Shown piece by piece: positions 45,726-55,239 of a stretch of 56,503 nt of DNA. Source of the stretch: a virus; IMG/VR virus record IMGVR_UViG_3300042780_000007; one strand, given 5' to 3'. The notes under the pieces were generated by a model, which saw only the letters and a list, made by a program, of their open reading frames with translations, did no database searches and was not told where the DNA came from. The position numbers were made by a program, and so were the translations under genes. Within the stretch, counting starts at the first letter, position 1. Each line of letters opens with the position of its first letter.

Positions 45726-47263
45726 GGCACATCATGGAAATGAATGATGCCACCGAAATACTCCTGAAGACCAGTGAAGGTAGAAGAGCCCTTGCCAAAA
45801 ATTCTATTTCTTTTTTCTTGAGTTATTATCTGGGATTGGATATTGATAAGCATCATGAAGAATGGATATCCAGAGTACACATTAAGAGATTACATTACGA
45901 AGCCCCCCGTGATCATGGAAAATCTACGATCTTTTCTTTTGGATACCCATTGTGGTTACTTTATCATGTACCGAATGTAAGAACACTGGTCGTATCCCGT
46001 ACAGGAGGTTCTTCCGGTGTTTCTACGAAGGTTAGGGAAGCCATAATTGAGGAGATGAAGACCAATAATCGCCTTCTGGAAGATTATGGTAAGATAATTA
46101 CCAAAGAGAAGGGAGGAAATATATGGGTTAAACGTACCAAACGAGGTATAAAAGACCCCTCACTAGAGTCTGTGGGTGTGGGTGGTTCAATTACTGGTGG
46201 TCACTACGATTTTATTCTGGTGGATGACTTGATTGATCCCAGCAACTCCCGAACCCAGACCATGAGGGATTACGTAGCTGACTGGTTTAATGGTACCCTG
46301 ATGGAACTTCTGGAACCGGATTCCCAGATCATTGTGGTTGGTACCCGTAAACACTGGGATGATTTATATAAATATATACTGGACAACAAATTGTGGAACA
46401 GTTATATAGATAAAGCCATAATCAGATATCCAGATCATTATGAAATTATTGCACCCGATGAAGAAACATATGAAGATATGACATTTGAGGAAGCCGACAG
46501 GCGTGGCGGAGAACTCAAGATCATTAATGATGTCAAGGTATATGTTGAAGGAGACTATGAAGTCCTCTGGAAAGAAAAATGGGATATATTCCAGTTATTG
46601 TATAATAAATACGATATTGGCTCCATTCTTTTTAACAGGGAAAAACAAAATGATCCATCCGGCATGCAAGGTAAGATTCTGAATGTAGAATGGTTACAAT
46701 TTTATGAAAAGAAAGACTTGCCCAATGATTTAATTGTTTATCAGGGAGTGGACTTGGCAATCTCTGAAAAGGAAACTTCCGATTATATGTCAATCTGTAC
46801 GGTAGGATACTCCCCATCAAAACAGATCGTCTATGTTCTGGAGTTCTGGAGAGGACATCGCACATTCCCTGAACAAATCGGGATGATTGAACGATTTGGT
46901 AATAAATGGGACCCCATACGGATAACTATCGAATCTAACGCATACCAGAATGCAATGATACAGTACCACCACGCTGTCAATATGTTACCCGTTGTGGGTT
47001 CCCCAACTACAAAGGATAAAACAACAAGGATGCTTGCCATTTCTCCACAGATCGAGAATGGTAAAATTCTATTTAACAGAGATATTCCTTATTATGAAAA
47101 TTTTGAAGAGGAATTTGTACAATTCCCATATGGAGCGCATGATGATACTTTGGACAGTCTGGAAATTTGTGTAAGACCTATTTTTCAGGTTGGTCAGATA
47201 CATATTGGTGATTGGTCAACTGGTAAGGATGTTGCAGGAGAAAAAGGATGGTTTTCAATATAA
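45722..47263 (+). CDS. terL: Terminase large subunit
   Basis: APRDHGKS (Walker A), ILVDD (Walker B), GVDLA, ESNAYQ, HDDTLD nuclease motifs. Confidence 0.95.
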   Translation: MRHIMEMNDATEILLKTSEGRRALAKNSISFFLSYYLGLDIDKHHEEWISRVHIKRLHYEAPRDHGKSTIFSFGYPLWLLYHVPNVRTLVVSRTGGSSGVSTKVREAIIEEMKTNNRLLEDYGKIITKEKGGNIWVKRTKRGIKDPSLESVGVGGSITGGHYDFILVDDLIDPSNSRTQTMRDYVADWFNGTLMELLEPDSQIIVVGTRKHWDDLYKYILDNKLWNSYIDKAIIRYPDHYEIIAPDEETYEDMTFEEADRRGGELKIINDVKVYVEGDYEVLWKEKWDIFQLLYNKYDIGSILFNREKQNDPSGMQGKILNVEWLQFYEKKDLPNDLIVYQGVDLAISEKETSDYMSICTVGYSPSKQIVYVLEFWRGHRTFPEQIGMIERFGNKWDPIRITIESNAYQNAMIQYHHAVNMLPVVGSPTTKDKTTRMLAISPQIENGKILFNRDIPYYENFEEEFVQFPYGAHDDTLDSLEICVRPIFQVGQIHIGDWSTGKDVAGEKGWFSI

Positions 47264-49512
47264 ATGGTTTAGTAGAGAGATTACGGGATTTCAATCCCAA
47301 TCGTGTCAAGCACTTGGAAAATCAATTGGCTAAGACAAGTAACGAATTGGACAAGACCATGCAAATGGTAGAAAAGCCACAGCATAATGTATATAGCAGG
47401 GAGATCGGTATCCAGCACATGAATCTGCCTTTGCGGATTCGTGATATATATAATGTGGCTGCCTTCAATTCAGTATTACGTACAGCTATTCATAATATAA
47501 AGAGTGAAATTTTCAGACAACCCCCAGTGTGGAAGGCAAGGTTTGTCAGAAAGTGTAGTGAATGCGGACACGAACACATGAAAAGTGTTGATAAGTGTGA
47601 GGCGTGTGGAAGTACATCCCTGCAAGAACCGGATATCAATCAGACCGCCCGATTTGAGGAATTTGTACAGAATGCAAACAAGAATGGACAGACTTTGAAG
47701 GAAGTCCTAAAAGAATGTGAACGTGATCTTGAAATTATCGACGATGCCTATGTCGTGCTTGTCAAGAGTTATGCTGTTGGTAAAGATGGCATCATGTATG
47801 AAAGAGTCAACGAGATCATCCGAGGCAACCCAGAAAGGATACGTATCGTGTCCAACGACAGGGGCGAGATCGGTGGTAAATGGTGGGTGTGCCCCTTACA
47901 CCGTGAACCCAAATTTGAAACTGAAAAAGACCCCATGAAGCGTAAACATGGTAAAGTTTATGAAAATCCTGGGCATTGTGAAATCTGTGGAAGAAAACTT
48001 TACGAAGTACATCATGTATCAATAATGGGTACCGATGCTTCCGCAGCAGCCGAACAATACTTTATTGAAGGCGAGATTATTCATGGTTCCAAATACAGTC
48101 CATCCCTGCTTTATGGTTACAGTCCGGTAGTTTCCCTCTGGAAGGAAGCTTCCACCCTGCTGAACATGGCAAATTACATTAACGAGTATTATAAATTCCA
48201 GCGTACTCCCAAAGGTGCCATCTTCATCAATACCATGAATCCGGAATCCATGTATAAGAAATGGGATGAAATCAATGAAAGAATGAGAGTTGATCCTCAT
48301 TACATACCCATGATTGCTACGCAGGGAGATTCCAATTCCAAGAACAGGGCGGATTTTGTAAAATTCTCCGATACCCTGCAGGAAATGGGATATTCAGAAG
48401 GCAAGGATGAACTTCGACAGAGGATTTCTGCATTCTACGGTGTTACCAATATACTTATGAATGATGCTACGTCATCGGGAGGCAGTAATAATGAAGGACT
48501 CCAGATCAAAGTGACTGATCGTGCGGTAGAAACTGGACAAAATGTCTGGAACGAGAAATTCTTCCCGAAACTCATGAAAGCATTCTCCATAACGGACTGG
48601 AATCTTGTACTTCAACCCAACGAAGAAACTGACCAGATGAAACGTATTCAACTGGAAACTTCCAAAGCCCAGCACGCACAACTCATGCAACAGATGGGAT
48701 TCAAGGTAACACTGGATGCGCAGGGTGAATTTGAATATAGTGGAGAAGCCATGGACTTATCTGCACAACAGGAAGAAATGATGGGAGAAGACGAAATGGG
48801 TGAAGGTGATCCTGAATATGATGATGGGATGGTGAATCCGGATGAAGAACCGGATGACCTTTTCATGGATGCCGATGATGAAGCCGAAGGCGGACAATAT
48901 AGAGAACTCTTCTTCGATGCCGAGGAGGATGGTAGAAAAAATAAGAGTGACTCCTCACCTATAACTATTGATGGGGAGTTAACAAAGACAGTACCATGGA
49001 GAAGGAGTGCCGCCAACGGTTATAGAAAGATCGAAATTACCAGACGAGATGGAGAAAGACAGGCAGTCTGGGTAAAGATGCATTCTGATAGGGAACTTGG
49101 TCAAAAACGTGATGGAGAATCCATGGATACCCATGAACTGTTTGGTGAAGACAGAGATAGATGGAATATCCAGCGCAGACCATCTGAAGAAATTAAGAGG
49201 GATAACTACTCTACCAGATGGGAGCAGGAAGAAGGCGTCAAGAATAAGGAGACTCCACTACCACCGGAGAAAGCTAAATTGAGGACAACATTCCAAGAAG
49301 CCCACAATGATGTGGTCGTCAATATAATAGGTAGGGATGCCGACCAGATGAAAGAAACCGCGGAAGATGATCCTTTGCAGGGACACATGGCAGCCTTCAA
49401 TCCGGACACCAAAGAGTTGAATATTGATAGTAACATTACAACCAGCCAGATGAAGCAGGTTTTCGAGAAGTATCATGATATGTTGAGGAAGCAAGATGAA
49501 GAATCTAAATGA
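47248..49512 (+). CDS. Portal protein with Zn-ribbon insertions and acidic C-terminal extension
   Basis: DLEIIDDAY, IHGSKY...LYGYSP, TPKGAI, ISAFYGV...GG.NNEG portal motifs; position. Confidence 0.88.
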   Translation: MVFNINGLVERLRDFNPNRVKHLENQLAKTSNELDKTMQMVEKPQHNVYSREIGIQHMNLPLRIRDIYNVAAFNSVLRTAIHNIKSEIFRQPPVWKARFVRKCSECGHEHMKSVDKCEACGSTSLQEPDINQTARFEEFVQNANKNGQTLKEVLKECERDLEIIDDAYVVLVKSYAVGKDGIMYERVNEIIRGNPERIRIVSNDRGEIGGKWWVCPLHREPKFETEKDPMKRKHGKVYENPGHCEICGRKLYEVHHVSIMGTDASAAAEQYFIEGEIIHGSKYSPSLLYGYSPVVSLWKEASTLLNMANYINEYYKFQRTPKGAIFINTMNPESMYKKWDEINERMRVDPHYIPMIATQGDSNSKNRADFVKFSDTLQEMGYSEGKDELRQRISAFYGVTNILMNDATSSGGSNNEGLQIKVTDRAVETGQNVWNEKFFPKLMKAFSITDWNLVLQPNEETDQMKRIQLETSKAQHAQLMQQMGFKVTLDAQGEFEYSGEAMDLSAQQEEMMGEDEMGEGDPEYDDGMVNPDEEPDDLFMDADDEAEGGQYRELFFDAEEDGRKNKSDSSPITIDGELTKTVPWRRSAANGYRKIEITRRDGERQAVWVKMHSDRELGQKRDGESMDTHELFGEDRDRWNIQRRPSEEIKRDNYSTRWEQEEGVKNKETPLPPEKAKLRTTFQEAHNDVVVNIIGRDADQMKETAEDDPLQGHMAAFNPDTKELNIDSNITTSQMKQVFEKYHDMLRKQDEESK

Positions 49513-52162
49513 TATGAAACGAAATGTGAAGGCGTGGGAGCGTGAGCACAAACCCTCCAAAAACCCTTCTCCTCATGAATCACCAAAAGAGGAACCCGCA
49601 AAGGATACACCCATCAATCAACGGGAACAGGCTAACCAAAAGGTGGAAGAGAATAAAAAGAATATTGAAGCCAGAAGAAAGATTGGTGCCAATAAACGTA
49701 AATATAATGAATTACGTAGGAAAGCAAATTACAAAGAACAGAAAGAGAATATTGAAGCTGGTAAGACTCCCGTAGGAAACAAAGAAGAGTACAAAAAACC
49801 TACCAAGGGGCATGATCTGGTAGAGGCTGCGAAGCCTCGACATAAATTGGCAAATTACAGGCAACCTGCATGGAACAAAGGTATAAAGAGGGAGATGGTT
49901 CCGGAAGGCAAGTATATAAAACATCAAATAGATGCTCAAGGTAGAAGAAATGTAAATTTTGCCAATACGCCTCTTCCTAATGATGCCAAGGATGCCGACG
50001 GAGCCAAACGTGCCCGACGTGTGAACGATGATATTCAGGAACAACAGGCAGAACGTGCTCATATGGATAGGGGCATGCGTGGAATGGGTGAACAAGCCAA
50101 GCGTCGGTTGAATCCGGACATCAAAGACCTTATCGTGCAGGGTAAGAAAGAACTGGATGAATTAACGGACAAAAATCTGGAAGATGATGATGGGCGTGCC
50201 ATGAAAGAATGGGCAGAAGATATGAAAGAGACTCTGCTCAAGTTCGGTCACGATGAACTTGCCGAACAGGTACCAGACCCCGAAGATACCGAAGCCATGC
50301 AAAAATTTGTGAAACTTGCTTATAAAAGGGCAGGTTTTCACTATCCCACACCTATTCCGGACTTGGAAGTTGGAGAAATTACCAGAAGCGATGGTGTTAC
50401 TCAAAGAGTTTACCATATTCCCAAATCTCCGAAAAAGGACAAATTAAAAATTAGACCTGGGTTTGTGCAGGAAGACAGGGAACGCCCTCATGGACACGAA
50501 GGTAGGGATGATAATGTAACACAAAGAATCTGGAAGAAGGATGAAGATTTCAAAATTAAGAATGTAATAAATCAGGGAGACTGGAAATTTGATCCTGATC
50601 AGCAGATTACAAAAGTCACCAAGACAAAAGGAAATCAGGGATTTGAATTTGGTGGAGTGAATCCTTCTGCATTAGTTACATATGAAGATGGTTCCCGTGC
50701 CTTCTTTAAATCCGAACAAGAACATGAACATTTTGCCATTGATCCTCAACAGAGAATGAGAAATGAATATGGTGTATCCAAATTCTTCCACCAGAACTTC
50801 TCTGATAAATTTTCTTTTAATATTCCAAGGTCTAATATCATTTCTTTAAACAAAATAGATAATGAAGAACTTATAGATATACTTGGAGTAGAAGAGGGAG
50901 AAGTTTTAAGGAATGAATTTATAAATGGATATCCCATAGATATTATCCATGATAAAGAATTCATTGATAAAGTGGATGAAAAAGGATTAATTGAATCTGT
51001 AATCTTCAATTATGCTATAGGTAATAGTGATTACCATGGTGGAAATGCCTTAATAGATGAAGAAGGCAAAGTGAATGTTATAGATACTGCTTCATCAATA
51101 CTTTCAATCCTTGATCCGGAAGAAGAAGATATTGAATTTAATCTATCTGATAATACTCTCCTGTGGAATTATCTAGATAATGTATATGATGGAGAGATAG
51201 AAGTAGATGATGAAACGGTGCGGGGTTTTCTGAATGAAGAAGACATACAGGAATACATTAAAGATTCTATAAATACTCTTCTGGAAATGGAACCGGAAGA
51301 ATTTGCAAGAAACCTTTTACAAAACACCGAACTTTCTGATGAGGAATATGAAAAGAAAGCCGGAATTATAAAAGAAAATCTTGGTGTTTTAAAAAATTTT
51401 GTTCTGGAAGAAGATGAGGAAGAACAAGAAAAATGGAACGAATGGTGGCAGACTGTAAGGGAAGATAGACTTGCTGAATATAAAGAACAACAAGCCAAAA
51501 AAGATGCAATAAAAGAAGAGAAAGAAGGCAAATTCAGTGATGATGAAGATTTGCAAGCCATTCTGGAAAGGGTAGCTGCTGGTGAATCTGCAGAAGAGGC
51601 AATGGAAAGTCCGGAGGAACCCGCAAATAAAGAACCCGAACACAATATTGCAATGCCCAAGCCAGTAAAAACCAGCGAATACACCATGCAAGACCTCTTC
51701 AAAGAAAATCAAGCAAGAAGAGCCGAAGGTCTGGAACCTCTAAATTCAATTGAAGAACTTGCAGCAAGCAAACTCCCTAAACCTACGGAAGAAGCAGTGA
51801 TTTCCGAGGACGAGGAGAAGGGTTTCCAAGAGTGGGCAGAACAGAACGAGCCACCAAAGGTTAAATTGGGTGCTATTCCGGAAGAAGAATTCCAAAAATT
51901 GATTGATAAGGGTATTCTTGCACCGAAACCCGAAGATGAAAATGAAGAATCTTCTTCAAATTTCCAAGAAGAGCCCACGGAAGAGCCAAAAAAAGAGTCC
52001 GACCAAAGCGTCGTAGAAGCTTTTGAAAACGCAAAGCGGACGACAAAAGAAGCTCCCAGACCTATCTCTGACAAAGGCAAGCGCTCTGCAAACACCCTCT
52101 TCATGGAAGATGCAGATGATGAACCGCACAAGATACAGGGCTGGAAGCCCAATACTAAATAA
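49496..52162 (+). CDS. Large head-module protein with an atypical (HipA/PI3-4K-like) kinase domain
   Basis: GGVN...AFFK...RNE...IGNSDYHGGNAL...VIDT. Confidence 0.7.
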   Translation: MKNLNDMKRNVKAWEREHKPSKNPSPHESPKEEPAKDTPINQREQANQKVEENKKNIEARRKIGANKRKYNELRRKANYKEQKENIEAGKTPVGNKEEYKKPTKGHDLVEAAKPRHKLANYRQPAWNKGIKREMVPEGKYIKHQIDAQGRRNVNFANTPLPNDAKDADGAKRARRVNDDIQEQQAERAHMDRGMRGMGEQAKRRLNPDIKDLIVQGKKELDELTDKNLEDDDGRAMKEWAEDMKETLLKFGHDELAEQVPDPEDTEAMQKFVKLAYKRAGFHYPTPIPDLEVGEITRSDGVTQRVYHIPKSPKKDKLKIRPGFVQEDRERPHGHEGRDDNVTQRIWKKDEDFKIKNVINQGDWKFDPDQQITKVTKTKGNQGFEFGGVNPSALVTYEDGSRAFFKSEQEHEHFAIDPQQRMRNEYGVSKFFHQNFSDKFSFNIPRSNIISLNKIDNEELIDILGVEEGEVLRNEFINGYPIDIIHDKEFIDKVDEKGLIESVIFNYAIGNSDYHGGNALIDEEGKVNVIDTASSILSILDPEEEDIEFNLSDNTLLWNYLDNVYDGEIEVDDETVRGFLNEEDIQEYIKDSINTLLEMEPEEFARNLLQNTELSDEEYEKKAGIIKENLGVLKNFVLEEDEEEQEKWNEWWQTVREDRLAEYKEQQAKKDAIKEEKEGKFSDDEDLQAILERVAAGESAEEAMESPEEPANKEPEHNIAMPKPVKTSEYTMQDLFKENQARRAEGLEPLNSIEELAASKLPKPTEEAVISEDEEKGFQEWAEQNEPPKVKLGAIPEEEFQKLIDKGILAPKPEDENEESSSNFQEEPTEEPKKESDQSVVEAFENAKRTTKEAPRPISDKGKRSANTLFMEDADDEPHKIQGWKPNTK

Positions 52163-52190
52163 TCCTTATCCTTATAAATGAGGTAATAAA

Positions 52191-52439
52191 ATGGGTAGAA
52201 TAGCAGTAATTTCAATGGTAGGAAATTCAGGTGAATACGAGGATGTTGCTATAATTGCACAAGATGATTATGGTGAATTCTCTGTTCACGGAAGAGATAA
52301 AGTTATAAAGAAGAGTCTCGAAAGAGATGTTAAGAAAGGAATCAACTTCAAAGGGCACACATGGAATAAGGACAACCTTATTGATGGGGTGCTCGTCAAA
52401 TATAACAGACCACCACAAATACAAGTAAGAGAGGATTAA
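52191..52439 (+). CDS. Hypothetical protein
   Basis: GAGGT RBS; 82 aa. Confidence 0.65.
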   Translation: MGRIAVISMVGNSGEYEDVAIIAQDDYGEFSVHGRDKVIKKSLERDVKKGINFKGHTWNKDNLIDGVLVKYNRPPQIQVRED

Positions 52440-52441
52440 AA

Positions 52442-52690
52442 ATGCAACTATGTACAGATGCAGGCATGAGAAGTAATGGAAAACCATTTACCGGACCGGA
52501 TTATACACAAGCCCCGATAGCACCTCTTCCGATTCAAAACCCATCAAGGGAAGGAAAGGAAGACCCCAATGCTGGCAGGGAGACCGGAAATGTAATTGGT
52601 GGAAATGATCGCAATCTCGGTGTACGTACCCAGAAGCCCAACATGAACAGAATGATTGTGGGTACTTTGGGTATTGAACGTATAGATTAA
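52442..52690 (+). CDS. Pro/Gly/Asn-rich hypothetical protein
   Basis: GAGGA RBS; looks disordered. Confidence 0.6.
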   Translation: MQLCTDAGMRSNGKPFTGPDYTQAPIAPLPIQNPSREGKEDPNAGRETGNVIGGNDRNLGVRTQKPNMNRMIVGTLGIERID

Positions 52691-52707
52691 TTCACAAGGA
52701 CAAGGAT

Positions 52708-53253
52708 ATGAGCTGGCAGGACGTAGAGCTCAAGTACATCTTGGAAATTGACGAGAAATATATCGATGCATTTCCAAAGAAGATGAAAGAAGCCATAAAG
52801 ATAGGTATTCGTGAAATTGCCAGATTTATCAGGGATCAGTGGAGAGAGAACGTCCATAATTTCGGACTGGAAGTGAGTGGTACAGCATATCACTCCATCC
52901 GATTCAGAAAGATAAATGATTTCAAATATAAAATCTTTTCCGATGATACGGCTCCGTATCTCAAATATCATGAATGGGGTGCTGGTGTCAGTCATGAACC
53001 AGACCCCCATGATCCTTTCTTTCCACCACCAGATAAAATCAGGCAATGGATTGAGGCTAAAGGTGTTTATGCATATGATGCCAATGGCAGACTTATAAAT
53101 TCCAAACGTCTTGCCTTCTTAATTAGTAAAAGCATATTTAAGCGAGGATTATATCCAAAACCATGTTTCAGACCTGCAGTGGCTTCAGGCGAGCGGGTTT
53201 TCCGACAATATATTAATGATGCAATAGCTGAATATTACGGGTTGAAAAAATGA
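52708..53253 (+). CDS. HK97 gp10-like neck/morphogenesis protein
   Basis: SGTAYHSI...APYLKYHEWG...PP...I..W...KRG..PKPCFRPA. Confidence 0.7.
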   Translation: MSWQDVELKYILEIDEKYIDAFPKKMKEAIKIGIREIARFIRDQWRENVHNFGLEVSGTAYHSIRFRKINDFKYKIFSDDTAPYLKYHEWGAGVSHEPDPHDPFFPPPDKIRQWIEAKGVYAYDANGRLINSKRLAFLISKSIFKRGLYPKPCFRPAVASGERVFRQYINDAIAEYYGLKK

Positions 53254-53573
53254 GCGCAGAACAACATACGGTAGGACAGAAAAAGACTTATTTCAAAAGA
53301 CAAAAGGGTTGTCTGGGTGAGCGTGGGCTTGGTACCTGCAATGATTGTATAAAAAATTTTCCAGAAATGGCTCTGGGTTGCAAAAATATGGGAGATTTCC
53401 TTCCTAAGAAGGACTGGAACCGTATCTTCAAGAACAGTCCACTATATAACAAGGATGTCAAACCCCGTCACGAATTATCCGAAGAATGGTATGAAGATAA
53501 ACCCATGGGATATAATCGTGCTGGTAAAAAAGTAAACCGTTTTGGACTTCCAATAGGAAGGAACGGTATTTAA
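53250..53573 (+). CDS. Cys-containing basic hypothetical protein
   Basis: ATGA overlap; GC...CNDC...GC. Confidence 0.6.
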   Translation: MSAEQHTVGQKKTYFKRQKGCLGERGLGTCNDCIKNFPEMALGCKNMGDFLPKKDWNRIFKNSPLYNKDVKPRHELSEEWYEDKPMGYNRAGKKVNRFGLPIGRNGI

Positions 53574-53638
53574 ATCTTTTCTTTTTTCAATGTTAAATTC
53601 TGATAGCTGTGATTTGTAAATGTTCACATAATTATTAA
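53574..53638 (+). promoter_or_regulatory. T-tract followed by an AT-rich promoter-like gap before the protease gene
   Basis: TCTTTTCTTTTTT then TTAAA/TTTGTAAA; no RBS before ATG 53639, suggesting a leaderless start. Confidence 0.4.
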
Positions 53639-55237
53639 ATGCTCAATGTCGATGAAAATACTAGAACTGTTAGTGGCTATGGTACCGTAGAGATTGTCGA
53701 TAATCAGGGCGACTACGTACCCATCGATGTTGTTTTGCGCTTAATGGATACCTACATGAACAGGGGCGGTGTGCTTGTCGATACACATACCAACCGCCAT
53801 GTAGGTAAAATTCTCCATTGGGAACCCAAAGAAAAAAATGGGAAAAATGCTGTCTGGTTACAGGCTCAAATCTTTGATGATTATTCAATCGATGATATGA
53901 TTTGGGATGCTATAAAGGAAGGGCATTATACTGGATTTTCATTTGGGGGCAGGGGTTTGGACAAGCACGTAGTATGCAATGCAGAACAGGGCTGTTTCAA
54001 CCATATAGACGACATGGAAATTTGGGAATGGTCAATAGTTCCCAAGCCTGCTAACAAAGAATCGACTATAGACAAATTCAATAAATTAGCAAAAGGTGAT
54101 AAATTGGCAGATGCCATGATGCCAGTGTTGAACTCAAAAGGAAATATCGAATATATGGAAGTAGAACTTTTACAGAAAGCCGAAAAGGAAAGTCCTGAAG
54201 AAGAAAAAGCATACCTCGAAGAGGATGTTGATCTCGCAGAAGGTGAAGAAGCAGATTGTCCATTGAAAGAGAAAGAAAAGGCAATGGGTAATCGTGAAAT
54301 GAATCCTGATTCGGACAGACCTCTTCAATATGATCGAGATGCCAAGCATTCTGAAAGGGTAAAACCCGATAGAAGGAACAGGCGTAAATTGAGTTCAACA
54401 GAAATAAAAGACGCACGTAATGTAGCCGAAGCTGCTAATGATCCCAAGCAGAATATTGGAAAGGACGACATTCCGGAATATATGATGTCTGACGGACATA
54501 GTGAATCTAGTAAGGCAACTAAACGTGCAATTCGTTACGCTAATAAAGGAGAACAAAACATGACAGTGGATACCGTTGAAATTTTGGTACCTATGGAAAA
54601 GTCCGATGGGACAGTTTCGTGGGAACCAGTAGTAGCAGACTACGATTACATTCAAAAAGCCGGAAACCGAATGGGTTATCATGGTTTGAAAGCGCCCAAG
54701 AATGATGGATTGCGTGAACGTGGTCCACACCCCGATGATCCGGAATCTGAAAAAGCAGGAGATGAAGTACCAGTGACACCCCCAGCAGAAGAATCCGATT
54801 CCCCGATGAATCAGATACTCAAGAAACTTGAAAGTATTGAGGGCAGGATAACCAAGCTCGAAGGTACCTCCGGACAGCCAGAGATCGAATCTGGAGAGAC
54901 AGAAAAAGCCGAAACCCCAAAGAAGGTAACGCTTCCAGAAGCCGAACAGACAAACGATACTACCCACGCAACTGACGATCATCAGATTCAGCAGGGCAAA
55001 TCCAAGACCATGAACAAATCAGAAGAGCTTGCTTCCGTTGTTCAGAATGAACTGCAGAAAGCTGGATATACAGAAACACCCAGACCTGCAGCACAGTCAG
55101 ACCAGCCATTCATGGACAATGATGCATCAACCATAAAGGATGTCCTTATGAAATCCGATGAAGGTGGTTTCGACATGCACAAGGCACTTGCCAACAAATC
55201 ATTTGATGATCTCAACACCCTCTTTGGAGGAGAATAA
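53639..55237 (+). CDS. Prohead maturation protease with C-terminal scaffold
   Basis: VSGYGTVEIVDNQGD...THTNRHVGK...YTGFSFGG...EWSIVPKPAN; acidic, disordered C-terminus. Confidence 0.88.
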   Translation: MLNVDENTRTVSGYGTVEIVDNQGDYVPIDVVLRLMDTYMNRGGVLVDTHTNRHVGKILHWEPKEKNGKNAVWLQAQIFDDYSIDDMIWDAIKEGHYTGFSFGGRGLDKHVVCNAEQGCFNHIDDMEIWEWSIVPKPANKESTIDKFNKLAKGDKLADAMMPVLNSKGNIEYMEVELLQKAEKESPEEEKAYLEEDVDLAEGEEADCPLKEKEKAMGNREMNPDSDRPLQYDRDAKHSERVKPDRRNRRKLSSTEIKDARNVAEAANDPKQNIGKDDIPEYMMSDGHSESSKATKRAIRYANKGEQNMTVDTVEILVPMEKSDGTVSWEPVVADYDYIQKAGNRMGYHGLKAPKNDGLRERGPHPDDPESEKAGDEVPVTPPAEESDSPMNQILKKLESIEGRITKLEGTSGQPEIESGETEKAETPKKVTLPEAEQTNDTTHATDDHQIQQGKSKTMNKSEELASVVQNELQKAGYTETPRPAAQSDQPFMDNDASTIKDVLMKSDEGGFDMHKALANKSFDDLNTLFGGE

Positions 55238-55239
55238 AC

